Positions 28,804 through 38,944 of a stretch of DNA of 64,000 bases are shown piece by piece (position 1 is the stretch's first letter; every line of letters begins with the position of its first letter). A program made the translations under genes and the position numbers. The notes beneath the pieces are model-generated. The model searched no databases. It saw nothing but the letters and a program-made list of their open reading frames with translations, and was not told the origin of the DNA. This stretch comes from a candidate division WOR-3 bacterium (GTDB lineage Bacteria > Hydrothermota > Hydrothermia > JBDRYB01): NCBI GenBank assembly GCA_039803205.1, contig JBDRYB010000004.1, positions 32,001 through 96,000 on the forward strand, read 5' to 3'.

Positions 28804-29312
28804 GCCCTTCCCTCCACATCAAATTCCATCATGCCGAACCAGAACCCAGTTTGTGTAACGAAGTCCAGCTGAGCCTGGATGAGCTCGCGGTGGCCTTCCT
28901 CAACCTCCGCCAGCTGTTTGAAGACCTCTTTAACCTTGGGGTCATCAGCCTTTTCTGACTGCTCACGGTAGAAATCCCTTGTCTCAATCTCCATCCTGAG
29001 CGCGGCTCGGAGAGCATCAGCATCGTGGGCATCTGACTTGCTTCCCTTGGTGCGCTCCATCTTTTTCAAGCGTGGCATGAATCGCTGGATCTCAGACTCC
29101 GGTATCTTGAGGCTTTCGGTCGGGGATCGGCTGGCCACAGCCTTCATGCTCTCAAAAAGCCTCATGTGCGCGAACTCCTCCCTCGCTAGCCAGATGAACA
29201 TGTCCTTGCCATCGGAGGATGATGTCCTCAGAGCGAAGTCCATGTATGCCCTCATGCCTTCTTTTTCTATCTCAATGGCATGTTCTAGAGCGCCGTGTAG
29301 ATCGTAAGCCAT
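28800..29312 (-). CDS. Ferritin/rubrerythrin-like diiron protein
   Basis: AIEIEKEG...EEFAH and E..TRDFY...EEGH di-iron motifs. Confidence 0.88.
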   Translation of the reverse strand: MAYDLHGALEHAIEIEKEGMRAYMDFALRTSSSDGKDMFIWLAREEFAHMRLFESMKAVASRSPTESLKIPESEIQRFMPRLKKMERTKGSKSDAHDADALRAALRMEIETRDFYREQSEKADDPKVKEVFKQLAEVEEGHRELIQAQLDFVTQTGFWFGMMEFDVEGRA

Positions 29313-29375
29313 GATAACCTTCCTTTCTAGTAGTTAAATTATAAGGCCCAACGGGTTCAGGATGCCACCTTCACG

Positions 29376-30974
29376 CTATCTTGCCACGAAAACAACCATC
29401 CTCCTGAGGCCCTTTCCTTCCAGAACAGCTATATACGAGCCGAGTTTAAGAAAGCCGAGTCCAAACTCACAGGGCTCCTCCCAAAGCCCCTCCTTCAATA
29501 CGGCTATTAGCCTGCCCGTTGCATCGTAGATCGAGAGCCTCGCGTATAGCCCCGGGCCGGGAAAGGCCTTTAGCGTTCTGCCAGCGAAGACGAGGCCCGG
29601 CTGTTCGCGCTCGCGCTCAGAAACAGAGATCTTTGGCAGTATATAGATGGTGGTCGTGTCATCGGAGGGGATGCTATCAACCAGAACCTCGGCGAACCCA
29701 TCGGGCGCCATGCGCAGGATATGCCCGGGTCCAAGGACATCATATTCATAACCGGGGTTCATCTTGGGCCAAACCCTCCCTCTGTAGAATGTCCTTGGGC
29801 TGTTGTTGTCTATGGTTATCGTGCAGGTCGTGCTGTCATAGTTATAGACATAGCTGAGCCTGAGATTCCAGAGCAAAAGCGAACCGAGGCCATCCGGAAG
29901 CCCGTTCCTGTCCTGATCCTCAAGGAAAGATGTGATCGTGTCCCTCGTTATCTCAACCCTCCTGTAGCCCAAGGTGTCCTTGCTGGGCTTACAGGTGCTC
30001 AGCGCCTGAAGAAAATAAGGGGTTGTTGGATAAACCGAAACATCTCCCTGAATCCATGTGCTATCCGAGAGAAAGAAACGGTTATGGTGGGTGTGGCCGT
30101 GGAGGACAAGACTGAGCCCTTGGTTCTTTGAGAGGTTTATGAACTCATCCCTTCCGTGGGTGTTTGATCTGTCCGAGCCATCGTAGTCAATCACAGGGCC
30201 GTGCATCATGGCGAGCTTCTGGGTGAAGGAGCTGTGTTCGCTGAGCACAGAATCAGCCCAGGCTATCTGGCCTGGGTCCAGACCCCAGCAACGGGCGTTT
30301 GGGGAATCTGGGTCAAGAGGTCCCGTGTTCATGCAAAGCATAAGAAGCCAATCCGAATAGGTGAAGAGGTAATTCAACTCGGGGTTCACGAGCGCGGGGT
30401 AATTGGTCATTGTGGTCCTAGGAGCGTGATCGTGGTTGCCAGGGGCCGTAAAAATGGGCACCATGAGCTCGGACGCGGCATCAAGGAACTGAGCATACCA
30501 GGTCGGGGATTCAGCTTCCTCGCCGGCCTCAACTAGGTCTCCGGTTATCACGATGAAATCAGGATATATGGTGTTGGCCTCAATTACTGCTTGGCGAAAC
30601 CTAAGGAGCTCCTGCGCCGTGTTGCCTATGTGGATGTCAGTGAGCTGAAGGAAAACAACCGTATCCCTCCATGCCGGATAGATCATGAGAGCGTTGGCCT
30701 GGGTATCTGAGCCCTCGGGGGTTGAGAGGATCATGTCGTAAATCCCTGGCTCTGCAATGTATGGGATACTGAAGGACGAGCGCCAAAGGGTATCCGCAGG
30801 GGTGGGGGTTGATGAGCCTAGGTCATACTCCGAGAACCTGCTCTGGATCCTGAGGGAGGCCGGGTTCGGCTGGCCAGAGGCATAGAGGACAACCAGGGAA
30901 TCACCAGGGATAGCCAGGCAAGCGTTCGCCAGCCTGGGATGATAAATCCAAACCGCTAACAGAAAAACGAGCAT
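29376..30974 (-). CDS. Secreted metallophosphoesterase with T9SS-like CTD
   Basis: TDIH, TGDL, PGNHD, MHGP, GHTH; LSIYDATGRLI; start at ATG 30974, 6 nt after TTGAAG-N17-TATATT. Confidence 0.88.
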   Translation of the reverse strand: MLVFLLAVWIYHPRLANACLAIPGDSLVVLYASGQPNPASLRIQSRFSEYDLGSSTPTPADTLWRSSFSIPYIAEPGIYDMILSTPEGSDTQANALMIYPAWRDTVVFLQLTDIHIGNTAQELLRFRQAVIEANTIYPDFIVITGDLVEAGEEAESPTWYAQFLDAASELMVPIFTAPGNHDHAPRTTMTNYPALVNPELNYLFTYSDWLLMLCMNTGPLDPDSPNARCWGLDPGQIAWADSVLSEHSSFTQKLAMMHGPVIDYDGSDRSNTHGRDEFINLSKNQGLSLVLHGHTHHNRFFLSDSTWIQGDVSVYPTTPYFLQALSTCKPSKDTLGYRRVEITRDTITSFLEDQDRNGLPDGLGSLLLWNLRLSYVYNYDSTTCTITIDNNSPRTFYRGRVWPKMNPGYEYDVLGPGHILRMAPDGFAEVLVDSIPSDDTTTIYILPKISVSEREREQPGLVFAGRTLKAFPGPGLYARLSIYDATGRLIAVLKEGLWEEPCEFGLGFLKLGSYIAVLEGKGLRRMVVFVAR

Positions 30975-31028
30975 AGCTAAAATATAAGGGTTTTGGTTTG
31001 GAACTTCAAGGTGAAGATGAGCCGCCAA

Positions 31029-31376
31029 CTATATGACGGCCAAGATGAACCTGATAATGTCCTTTATTGAGTTCAGATTCATCAGCATCACGAGCCATAT
31101 GGCAAGTGAAGCGCCGAGTCCAGCCCCAAGCCATGTAAGGGCTTCCAATCCGAGAGAGGCATAGCTGAGCCTGTAGGCCCTCATTCTTTCAATTATCTGG
31201 CCAGGCAAATCAGGGGGCATTTGGGGGAACGAGAGCATGGCATCAAGCCTCCGATAAACCTCCATCTCCCCTCGGCATGCCTGGCAGGCCTCCAAGTGCT
31301 TCAGGAGCTCAGCGGGGTCATCCAGCAATCCCGCGAGATACTCCGGGATTTTATCCCTGGCCTCCGAGCAGTTCAT
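31029..31376 (-). CDS. Zinc-finger (zf-HC2) anti-sigma factor
   Basis: MNC...HLEACQAC, single TM; overlaps ECF sigma gene. Confidence 0.88.
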   Translation of the reverse strand: MNCSEARDKIPEYLAGLLDDPAELLKHLEACQACRGEMEVYRRLDAMLSFPQMPPDLPGQIIERMRAYRLSYASLGLEALTWLGAGLGASLAIWLVMLMNLNSIKDIIRFILAVI

Positions 31377-31887
31377 CCTCTTTACCCCTTAGGGCTTCGC
31401 GAAGCTTCTTCCTAGCCCTGAACATTATAACCCGGACATTCACCTCGGTTAAACCGAGAAGATCCCCTATCTCACCCGCAGAAAACCCTGCCTTGTAGTG
31501 GAGGTTTATGACCTCGCGCTCGCGCTCGTCCAAAGACCTCAAGGCCTCATCCAATATCATTCCCCTGCGATCGGGAAGGCCGTATGGCTCAGGCGCATCC
31601 TCTATGCTCTCAGGCGCCTTCATCATGCGCCTCGCCATATCAATGGCACAGCGTCTCGCTATTGAGTAGAGCCATGTTGAGAAACGGGAGTCTCCCCTGA
31701 AGCCCTTTAGACCCAGATATGCCTTTAGAAAAGCATTTTGGGAAGCGTCCCGCGCGGCCTCGGCGTCCCCGAGCACCGAATAAGCAACCGCAAACACCAT
31801 ACGAGAGTATCTCATGACGAGGACCTCAAAGGAGGCCATGTGGCCCTTTTTCGCTCTCTCAACGAGCCGCTCATCATCCACTTGCAT
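31351..31887 (-). CDS. ECF RNA polymerase sigma factor
   Basis: D..Q.AFLKAY, FRGDSRFSTWLYSIA, region 4 EIGDLLG..V..RARKKLR; start ATG 31887 or GTG 31881. Confidence 0.93.
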   Translation of the reverse strand: MQVDDERLVERAKKGHMASFEVLVMRYSRMVFAVAYSVLGDAEAARDASQNAFLKAYLGLKGFRGDSRFSTWLYSIARRCAIDMARRMMKAPESIEDAPEPYGLPDRRGMILDEALRSLDEREREVINLHYKAGFSAGEIGDLLGLTEVNVRVIMFRARKKLREALRGKEDELLGGQG

Positions 31888-31892
31888 ATTAT

Positions 31893-31919
31893 GACGCAGA
31901 GAAATATGGTTTCGTTACA
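31893..31919 (-). promoter_or_regulatory. Putative autoregulatory ECF promoter TGTAAC-N17-CGTC
   Basis: Minus strand TGTAAC (31919-31914) and CGTC (31896-31893) just upstream of the sigma gene; matches AAC...CGT ECF architecture. Confidence 0.6.
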
Positions 31920-31946
31920 AAGGGTGCTCTTATAATTATCGGAAAC

Positions 31947-32612
31947 ATGATCGCGGTGGCTATTATAGCGTTTGACTTGAGCATATCTGGAAGCTTGGGG
32001 ATGGCTTTCCCCTCAAAGATCAACTCTGAGCCATTCAACATCAAGACCTGGAGGGCACACCTGGGCCTTCCGGACGACTCGGTTGCCTCCGTGGTTTCAA
32101 CAGGAGATTTCATGCCCCGGATTGGCATCGGCATCCTTTTGAAATCCGGAGGTTTTTGGCTTCTGGGAAACGGGGAAATCGGAGGAGGCGGGCTCCTGTT
32201 CAGAGACACCGCGAAAGAGCAAGAGCCAGTGGGATCGGCCTCTTTCGGGTTTCTGCACGCAGGGGTATCAGGAGGTTATGAGTTTGGAAACCAGAGATAC
32301 GGGGTCAGCCCTCTGGTCTCGTTTAGGCAATTTGACATCAATGCAGAGTATTACTATCACGAAGAACTGAAGTTCTCACAGGAAATGCAGGCAGACTATG
32401 CCTCAGTGGGCCTCAGGGGAAGGGCTTATTTTATAAGGTTTCTGTATTCCCATCCCGTAGCGGGAAAAGGCCTATCGGAGGCCCTCGCGTCCGCCACATT
32501 TCCCCTGAAGGCTCTTGTTTGGGGGAACATACACTACTCCGCTTCCTGGAACGCCGAGAACCGCGTTGATGTTTTCGGATGCCTTATCGCTTGGCCTAAG
32601 TGGGGCCTCTGA
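31947..32612 (+). CDS. Putative outer-membrane beta-barrel protein
   Basis: Amphipathic Gly/aromatic strands (AGVSGGYEF, SVGLRG); divergent from ECF sigma. Confidence 0.55.
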   Translation: MIAVAIIAFDLSISGSLGMAFPSKINSEPFNIKTWRAHLGLPDDSVASVVSTGDFMPRIGIGILLKSGGFWLLGNGEIGGGGLLFRDTAKEQEPVGSASFGFLHAGVSGGYEFGNQRYGVSPLVSFRQFDINAEYYYHEELKFSQEMQADYASVGLRGRAYFIRFLYSHPVAGKGLSEALASATFPLKALVWGNIHYSASWNAENRVDVFGCLIAWPKWGL

Positions 32613-32778
32613 GAGACCAGCCCATAAGCTGGAGTGCGGGTTTTCCCTTATTTGGCGGTTCGGATGCGAGCAAACAGGAGAAAGACCTGAGACCAAAGCA
32701 AAATTTGAACGATCTTGACCTGAAGCTTTAGAATAACTTAATGAAACGAACAAAAGAGGTCTCAAGGAGTGAAGTGAT

Positions 32779-34293
32779 ATGTTGTATACATTTATAAACT
32801 TTGGCGTTCTGCTTTCCATTAGCCTCTTCGCCAACGCATACGGGACTTCATCCGAGGAATACGGCGGGTTTTCAATAGTTCAATCTCCTGACGGAGGCTT
32901 TGTCTCGGTTGGCGGAAGGCTCGATCCAAGCTTCGCGGACGAGGCCCTTGCATTCAAAGTCAACTCCACGGGCCAACTGGTCTGGCAAAGGACATACGGG
33001 CCACTGATGGACAGCGACGAGGATGTCTATTCGGTTGATCTAACCGGGGACGGCGGATATGTGATGGCAGGCATGTATGGGCCTCCTGCTTCTGCTGATG
33101 CCCTCGTTATGAAGATAAACTCCACGGGCGGCCTGGTCTGGGCAAAGACCTTCGGCGGAACGAGCGACGACGCGGCCCAGTGCATCATAAGAACCCCTGA
33201 CGGTGGCTACGCTGTTGTTGCCTTTGGAATGGGCGCGAGCTCAGCGGACATATTGTTTCTGAAGCTGAACTCCACCGGCGGATTGACCTGGGGAAAGAGG
33301 TTTGGCGGGCCGAACTGGGATTACCCCAACCAGGTCATAAGAACCAGCGATGGCGGATACGCGATTGCCGGCTACACCAATATTGGCGTTGGGAATGATG
33401 ACTTTCTCGTCTTGAAGACAAACTCCACCGGCGGCCTGGTCTGGGGAAGGACATTCATAGGGTCATCCATAGATGAGGCATCATCCATAGTTGAGACCCC
33501 GGATAATGGCTACATAGCTGTGGGTGGCTCATGGAGCTTTGGCGCGGGCTCCTATGACTTCCTCGTGATAAGGCTAAACTCATCCGGAGACCTCGTCTGG
33601 GCAAGGACAATAGGTGGCTCTGGTTCGGACTGGCCCAACTCCATAATCCCAGCTATAGACGGAGGATATGTTATAGCGGGCTCAACAACGAGCTATGGAC
33701 TCGCTGGCTATGACTGTTTCGTGGTCAAGATAGCCGAGGATGGCTCCTTAGTCTGGGCATACACATTCGGAACAAGCGGCTCGGATGTCGCGTATGACAT
33801 AATTCAAACCACCGACGGAGGATACGCCATTACCGGTTATACCTATGGCCTCGGAGCAGGCGGTTCCGATGTTCTCATCATAAAATTCAACGCGGATGGA
33901 ACCTATCCATCCTGCGCTATCCCATGCTCACCGGAGATCACGGCTGTCTCTCTCTCCAGCTCGTCAATTACTTGGGACGCCAGCTATAGCCCCTTCCTAG
34001 CCGATCAGCCCCTCAACGAGAACGACCCGACCTTTTCCAGAGCCTCCCTTTGCCCTCCGGTCTCAGCTGAAGAGGGTTTTCCGGAACACGGTATACATTA
34101 TGTTAGATGTGTTCCTTTTGCTGGTGGCCTGAAGTTTTTCTCCGGCGAAGAACTGGAGCTTACTCTCTACAGGCCTGACGGCAGGCTCGTTTATGCCGGA
34201 ACCATCTCAAAGGGTGAAGACCGGATAGGTCTTGAACAGGGGGTCTATTTCTGGAGAGCGGGAGATTTCTCCGGCGTATCAGTGGTGAGATAG
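32779..34293 (+). CDS. Secreted repeat (beta-propeller) protein with T9SS-like CTD
   Basis: About seven ~50-aa repeats KxNSTGGLVWxxTFGG...TxDGGYxxxG; C-terminal LYRPDGRLV...QGVYFW. Confidence 0.85.
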   Translation: MLYTFINFGVLLSISLFANAYGTSSEEYGGFSIVQSPDGGFVSVGGRLDPSFADEALAFKVNSTGQLVWQRTYGPLMDSDEDVYSVDLTGDGGYVMAGMYGPPASADALVMKINSTGGLVWAKTFGGTSDDAAQCIIRTPDGGYAVVAFGMGASSADILFLKLNSTGGLTWGKRFGGPNWDYPNQVIRTSDGGYAIAGYTNIGVGNDDFLVLKTNSTGGLVWGRTFIGSSIDEASSIVETPDNGYIAVGGSWSFGAGSYDFLVIRLNSSGDLVWARTIGGSGSDWPNSIIPAIDGGYVIAGSTTSYGLAGYDCFVVKIAEDGSLVWAYTFGTSGSDVAYDIIQTTDGGYAITGYTYGLGAGGSDVLIIKFNADGTYPSCAIPCSPEITAVSLSSSSITWDASYSPFLADQPLNENDPTFSRASLCPPVSAEEGFPEHGIHYVRCVPFAGGLKFFSGEELELTLYRPDGRLVYAGTISKGEDRIGLEQGVYFWRAGDFSGVSVVR

Positions 34294-34297
34294 CTCC

Positions 34298-34582
34298 TCA
34301 GTAAGCCTCTGGAACCCTCACGCTTTCGGAGAACGGCAGGAACCTCGCGGGCGGCTCGGAACGCGTTGACCCAAGAGGAGGTCCGAGAATTTCTCTATAT
34401 CCCTGATCACCTCCCACCTGCCATCGTGCACCAGAACCTCTGCTGGACTCGGAGTTTCCATGAGGAGGATCCCGTTGGGGGATGCCAGCCGAAACTGCCA
34501 TGCAGAGCTCCCCGTCGGAGAAGAGATCCGCGCCCTCCTGGGCGAGTATCCGCAAGAGCACGAGTAGGGTGCTAATTCTCAT
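34298..34582 (-). pseudogene. Possible decayed gene fragment
   Basis: Leader-like MRISTLLVLL; protein-like text continues in a shifted frame (GILLMETPSPAEVLVHDGRWEVIRDIEKF); family not recognised. Confidence 0.25.
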
Positions 34583-34643
34583 GGGACTCGGTGCCTCAAA
34601 AGGATATTTGCCCGGCTCCCCTCACATGGTTTAGAATTTGGCC

Positions 34644-37600
34644 ATGAACGAAAGGCTGAGGTCTTGGTTTGCCGGAGAGAACCTGAAGTGGACCCTGTTT
34701 GGCCTGATAACCCTATTTGTCTTCGCTGTCTATTTCCAGACAACCGCTCCAACGGTGGTATTTTGGGATGTGGGCGAGTTCCTTGCCGCTGCCCACATCC
34801 TCGGTGTTCCCCACCCACCAGGAACCCCCCTCTATGTTATCCTATGCAAGTTCTTTGACATCCTCCCCCTTCCCCTTGCCTTCATTTACAGGCTGATAAA
34901 CGGCGTCCCGGCGGTTGAGTCTGTTCTCAGAATGACCTTCGTTCCCATAGCCATGGGCGCGTTCACCGCGGGCCTGGTTTATCTGATAATCTACGACACC
35001 ATAACCCTGTGGAAGCCCGAGACCCCGAGGCACATCCTCCATGTTTCTGCGGCCTTTGCCGCTTTAATGGCCGCTTTCGGGGCAGTGAACTGGATGAACT
35101 CAATAGAGGCAGAAACATACACCCCCGCGAACTTCTTTGCCCTTCTGGCAGTCTACCTGACGCTCCTCTGGTATAGGAGAAGGGGATGGGACGAGTGGGC
35201 GACGAGGTTCCTCCTCGCTGGGACATACCTGATTGTTCTGGCGACAGGCATCCACCTCACCGCGATATTTGCCTTGCCAGCCATGTTCGTATTCGTTGCG
35301 ATAGTCCACCCGCGCCTCATTTTCGGCAAGGAATTCATAGGGCTTTTGGGCGCCCTGATTCTGCTGGCAGGCCTGATGGAGTTCACATATCAAGCATCCA
35401 ATATGAGCAAAGGCATGGTGGCTCTCGGCCTCGCTCTGATGGTTTTCTACTTCTGGCGAGCGGATTTTTTCAGGGACTTCACGGATGTCTGGACCATACT
35501 CTTCGCGGTATCCGGCATCGCGCTCATATACGGTATATTTGCCAACAAGACCTTTGCTATGGTCTCAGGAGGCCTCCTCTCAATAGTGATGATGTATATA
35601 AGGGGAAGGCTCTGGAAGGACTGGAGAGGTTTGGCGCTCATTCTCATAATTCTCGCGGTTTCCGTAGAGTTTTGGCTCATAGTTAGGGCTTACTATCTCC
35701 ATCACCATCCAACAGCCGCTTGGATAAACGAGGCAGATCCCTACAACTGGCAAGCCTTCATGGATGTGCTGACCCGCAAGCAATACGAACCGGCGAAGAT
35801 GTTCCCCAGGAGGATAGCGCCTGTCCTGCAGTTCAAGGTCTTCATAAAGTATTTCAACTGGCAATACAACACTCTCAGCGTAGTGGCCCTCATCTTTCTC
35901 GGTTTGGTCGGACTGGTCACCCAGCTCTCAAACGACTTCTCAAGGAAGTTCCTGAACAGGACAAAGGTTGTCTGGCTCCTCGGCCTCGTTTTCATCCTGG
36001 CAACGATTGGGTTCTGGTTCGCGTTCAACCTCAAGGACTCGCCTACCCAGCCGGTTGGCGGGGTTCATCCCACTACGGGAGAGCCTCTCTTGCCAACTGA
36101 GGTGAGGGACAGGGACTACTTCTACGCGACCGCTCACATAATGATATGCCTTTATGCTGGGATAGGACTCTGGGAGCTCCTCAGGATCGCTGGCAAGTAT
36201 CTCAGGAAGTGGTGGGTGGTCTCAGCGGTCTTCTATCCGCTCGCGGCATTCACGGTTGGGTGGCAGTTCTACAAGTTTTACCCGGAGTGCAACCGCTCCA
36301 GGTTTTATCTCGCTGAGGACTCGGCCTACAACCTCTTGATAAGCCCATCAACAGGAGGGGTAATGTTCACGAACGGGGACAACGACACATTTCCGCTGTG
36401 GTTCGCGCAGGAGGTCCTAAAGATCCGGAAGGACATAGTCATAGCAAACCTTTCCCTCCTTAACACCAATTGGTATATCAGGCAGGTCAAGGCGTGGGGC
36501 GCGCCAATATCCTTCTCTTACGAGGACATAGACAGGCTTCCGCCCGTCATACCTCTTCAGTGCAAGGTAGCAAGCGTTGGCCCTCAGGGTTTTGAGATAG
36601 ATGTCCCGGACACGAAAGGGGGCCTGCACAGGGTCTATGTATCATACGAGAGAACCCCCCTTCTGGGCCTCTATGGCGGCAGGAGGGACATCCTGAGGGC
36701 GGATCTGCTTCAGGCCCAGAAGACCGGTGAAATGCTCGGCCTTCCCATAATGACCCTCAGGGACTTCGCCATAAGGGATATGATAGCGACATCCTCGGGA
36801 TACAAGCCAAAGACCTTCACCAGGATACCCTCTGCCGACGGCGCTTTCATGGATGTGCCTCTCATCTACCTTGATGATCCGGCCGCTTTTGCGAAAGAGG
36901 TCTTCTACGGCAAAGCATTCAGCACAAACATATACTTCGCCATGACCACGACCCCTGAGGCTTGGGAGGGTTGGGAGAATTATCTCCTCATGGAAGGAAT
37001 GGCGTTCAGGCTCGTTTCGTATGAGACAGGGCCCCGCGGGGGTTATCCCCTTGAGAACCTCAGCCCGGACTATACCGCTTACACGCTTCACGATGCCATG
37101 GCACCCCTTGAATATCTGAGCGAATATTCGGGTTATCACAAGATCCCGGCCGAGCGCGCTTTCAGATACAGGGGGATCCTTGACAAGAGGGTGCCGAAAA
37201 CCGATAGATATGACACGAACGAGAAGATAGTCCGAAACTACGCGCAGGTCGCGTTCTCTCTCGGAAGCTATCTTGCCCAGCGCGGCGACCTCAGGAGGTC
37301 CGCTGATGAGCTGGAGCTGGGGAAGGCTTTCCTTGACCAAATACCCTCTGAGCGAGCGCCAGGCCTAGAGAGACAGAAGCTATACATAAGCCTTTCTCTC
37401 GCTGAGATATACACGAAGCTCGGGGATTACACCAAGGCAGAAGGATTCATAAAGGAGGCCGCTTCGATCCAGCCCGGTCCCATGATTGACATGAAGATGG
37501 GTGACCTTATGAGAGCGCAGGGAAGACTTGACGAGGCCGCCAGATACTACGAGAAGGTTCTATCATCGGGCATGCAGGACCCCTTGGGGTTCGTTTTGAT

Positions 37601-37820
37601 AGCGGATTTCTACAGGGAGAAGGGGGATTACGCTAAGGCTGAAGAACTCTACAAGAGGGTGCTCTCCATGGGGTTCACGGACACCATGGTCACGAACGGC
37701 CTAAGGGAAGTGATGGAGGCTCAGGGAAAAGGCCCTGAGGCTGAGAGCCTAATAAACTCTATAACGGAAAAGACGCCGCTCATCGCACCCGGAGCGGTCA
37801 ACCCACAGGGAGGAAGATAA
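34644..37820 (+). CDS. DUF2723 / TMEM260-like GT-C membrane protein with C-terminal TPRs
   Basis: WDVGEF...GVPHPPGTPLY, EAETY, RDRDYFY, FTNGDNDTFPLW, NLSLLNTNWY; C-terminal TPRs. Confidence 0.9.
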   Translation: MNERLRSWFAGENLKWTLFGLITLFVFAVYFQTTAPTVVFWDVGEFLAAAHILGVPHPPGTPLYVILCKFFDILPLPLAFIYRLINGVPAVESVLRMTFVPIAMGAFTAGLVYLIIYDTITLWKPETPRHILHVSAAFAALMAAFGAVNWMNSIEAETYTPANFFALLAVYLTLLWYRRRGWDEWATRFLLAGTYLIVLATGIHLTAIFALPAMFVFVAIVHPRLIFGKEFIGLLGALILLAGLMEFTYQASNMSKGMVALGLALMVFYFWRADFFRDFTDVWTILFAVSGIALIYGIFANKTFAMVSGGLLSIVMMYIRGRLWKDWRGLALILIILAVSVEFWLIVRAYYLHHHPTAAWINEADPYNWQAFMDVLTRKQYEPAKMFPRRIAPVLQFKVFIKYFNWQYNTLSVVALIFLGLVGLVTQLSNDFSRKFLNRTKVVWLLGLVFILATIGFWFAFNLKDSPTQPVGGVHPTTGEPLLPTEVRDRDYFYATAHIMICLYAGIGLWELLRIAGKYLRKWWVVSAVFYPLAAFTVGWQFYKFYPECNRSRFYLAEDSAYNLLISPSTGGVMFTNGDNDTFPLWFAQEVLKIRKDIVIANLSLLNTNWYIRQVKAWGAPISFSYEDIDRLPPVIPLQCKVASVGPQGFEIDVPDTKGGLHRVYVSYERTPLLGLYGGRRDILRADLLQAQKTGEMLGLPIMTLRDFAIRDMIATSSGYKPKTFTRIPSADGAFMDVPLIYLDDPAAFAKEVFYGKAFSTNIYFAMTTTPEAWEGWENYLLMEGMAFRLVSYETGPRGGYPLENLSPDYTAYTLHDAMAPLEYLSEYSGYHKIPAERAFRYRGILDKRVPKTDRYDTNEKIVRNYAQVAFSLGSYLAQRGDLRRSADELELGKAFLDQIPSERAPGLERQKLYISLSLAEIYTKLGDYTKAEGFIKEAASIQPGPMIDMKMGDLMRAQGRLDEAARYYEKVLSSGMQDPLGFVLIADFYREKGDYAKAEELYKRVLSMGFTDTMVTNGLREVMEAQGKGPEAESLINSITEKTPLIAPGAVNPQGGR

Positions 37821-38944
37821 TGGGACACGCTTACACACCAGGACTTAAGGTCACAAAAGCCACAGTAATAAGAAAAGAGAGGAGGCTTCCTGTCCCAGGA
37901 ACGGTTCTCGTGAAGCTTGGGGACAGGGTCAAAGCGGATCAGACGGTTGCGAAGGCAGACCTTCCGGGGAATGTGGTTCCCCTGAATGTAGCTGGCAAGC
38001 TCGGCATACAACCAAACGAGGTCCCTGAGGCCATGAGGGTTAAGGAAGGCGAGGCTGTCAAAAAGGGTGATCTGGTTGCCGTATCCAAGGGCATAATGGG
38101 GCTCATGAAGACATCGCTAAAGGCTCCTTGTGACGGAACGATAGAATCCATATCCGCCATAACGGGACAGGTGATCTTGAGGGAACCCCCGCTCCCCATA
38201 GAGGTAAAGGCATACATTGACGGCAAGGTCGTTGAGGTAATAGAAAGGGAAGGCGTCCTGATTGAGACCACAGCGTCTTTTGTTCAGGGGATATTCGGGA
38301 TAGGGGGCGAGGTAATAGGCGAGATAAAGGTGGTGGTTGATTCTCCGGATCAGGAGCTTCTGCCATCCCTGATAACGGAGGACGCGAAAGGGAAAGTGAT
38401 AGTCGGTGGAAGCTTTATCTCAGTAGAAGCCATGCGCAAAGCCAGAGAGCTTGGCGCGGTGGCAGTTGTAGCAGGGGGAACAGATGACAGGAACCTAAAG
38501 GATTTCCTGGGCTATGATATAGGCGTTGCCATAACGGGCCAGGAGGATGTAGGGCTAACCGTGATCCTCACAGAAGGATTCGGAAGGCTGAGAATGGCGC
38601 ACAAGACCTTTGAGCTCCTCAAGAGCCTTGAGGGCAAAATAGCATCAGCTAACGGCGCAACCCAGATAAGGGCTGGCGTAATAAGGCCGGAGATAATCGT
38701 TCCAACCCAGGAGGAATCCCTGATTTCTGAGGAGACAGTGGACGAAGGGGTGCTTGAAATAGGTTCCCTGGTGAGGGTTATCCGGGAGCCTTACTTCGGC
38801 CTCATAGGCGAGGTCACGAAGCTGCCCCCTGAGCCAACCGTCATAGAGACAGAGGCCAAGGTCAGGATACTTGAGTTGAGGCTTGAGGATGGCAGGTGCG
38901 TTACCGTTCCGAGGGCAAATGTGGAGCTCATAGAGACCCTATAA
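37820..38944 (+). CDS. Conserved hypothetical protein with barrel-sandwich-hybrid repeats and KOW-like C-terminus
   Basis: VKLGDRVKADQTVA and VKEGEAVKKGDLVA...APCDGTI (RnfC_N/lipoyl-like); GSLVRVIREPYFGLIGEV; TAATG coupling on both sides. Confidence 0.75.
   Translation: MGHAYTPGLKVTKATVIRKERRLPVPGTVLVKLGDRVKADQTVAKADLPGNVVPLNVAGKLGIQPNEVPEAMRVKEGEAVKKGDLVAVSKGIMGLMKTSLKAPCDGTIESISAITGQVILREPPLPIEVKAYIDGKVVEVIEREGVLIETTASFVQGIFGIGGEVIGEIKVVVDSPDQELLPSLITEDAKGKVIVGGSFISVEAMRKARELGAVAVVAGGTDDRNLKDFLGYDIGVAITGQEDVGLTVILTEGFGRLRMAHKTFELLKSLEGKIASANGATQIRAGVIRPEIIVPTQEESLISEETVDEGVLEIGSLVRVIREPYFGLIGEVTKLPPEPTVIETEAKVRILELRLEDGRCVTVPRANVELIETL

Noticed and set aside
32779..33900. Regularly spaced nucleotide repeats (AACTCCAC(C/G)GGC) suggesting CRISPR or a DGR
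   Set aside because: They are in-frame ~50-aa protein repeats; there are no spacers, cas genes or reverse transcriptase.
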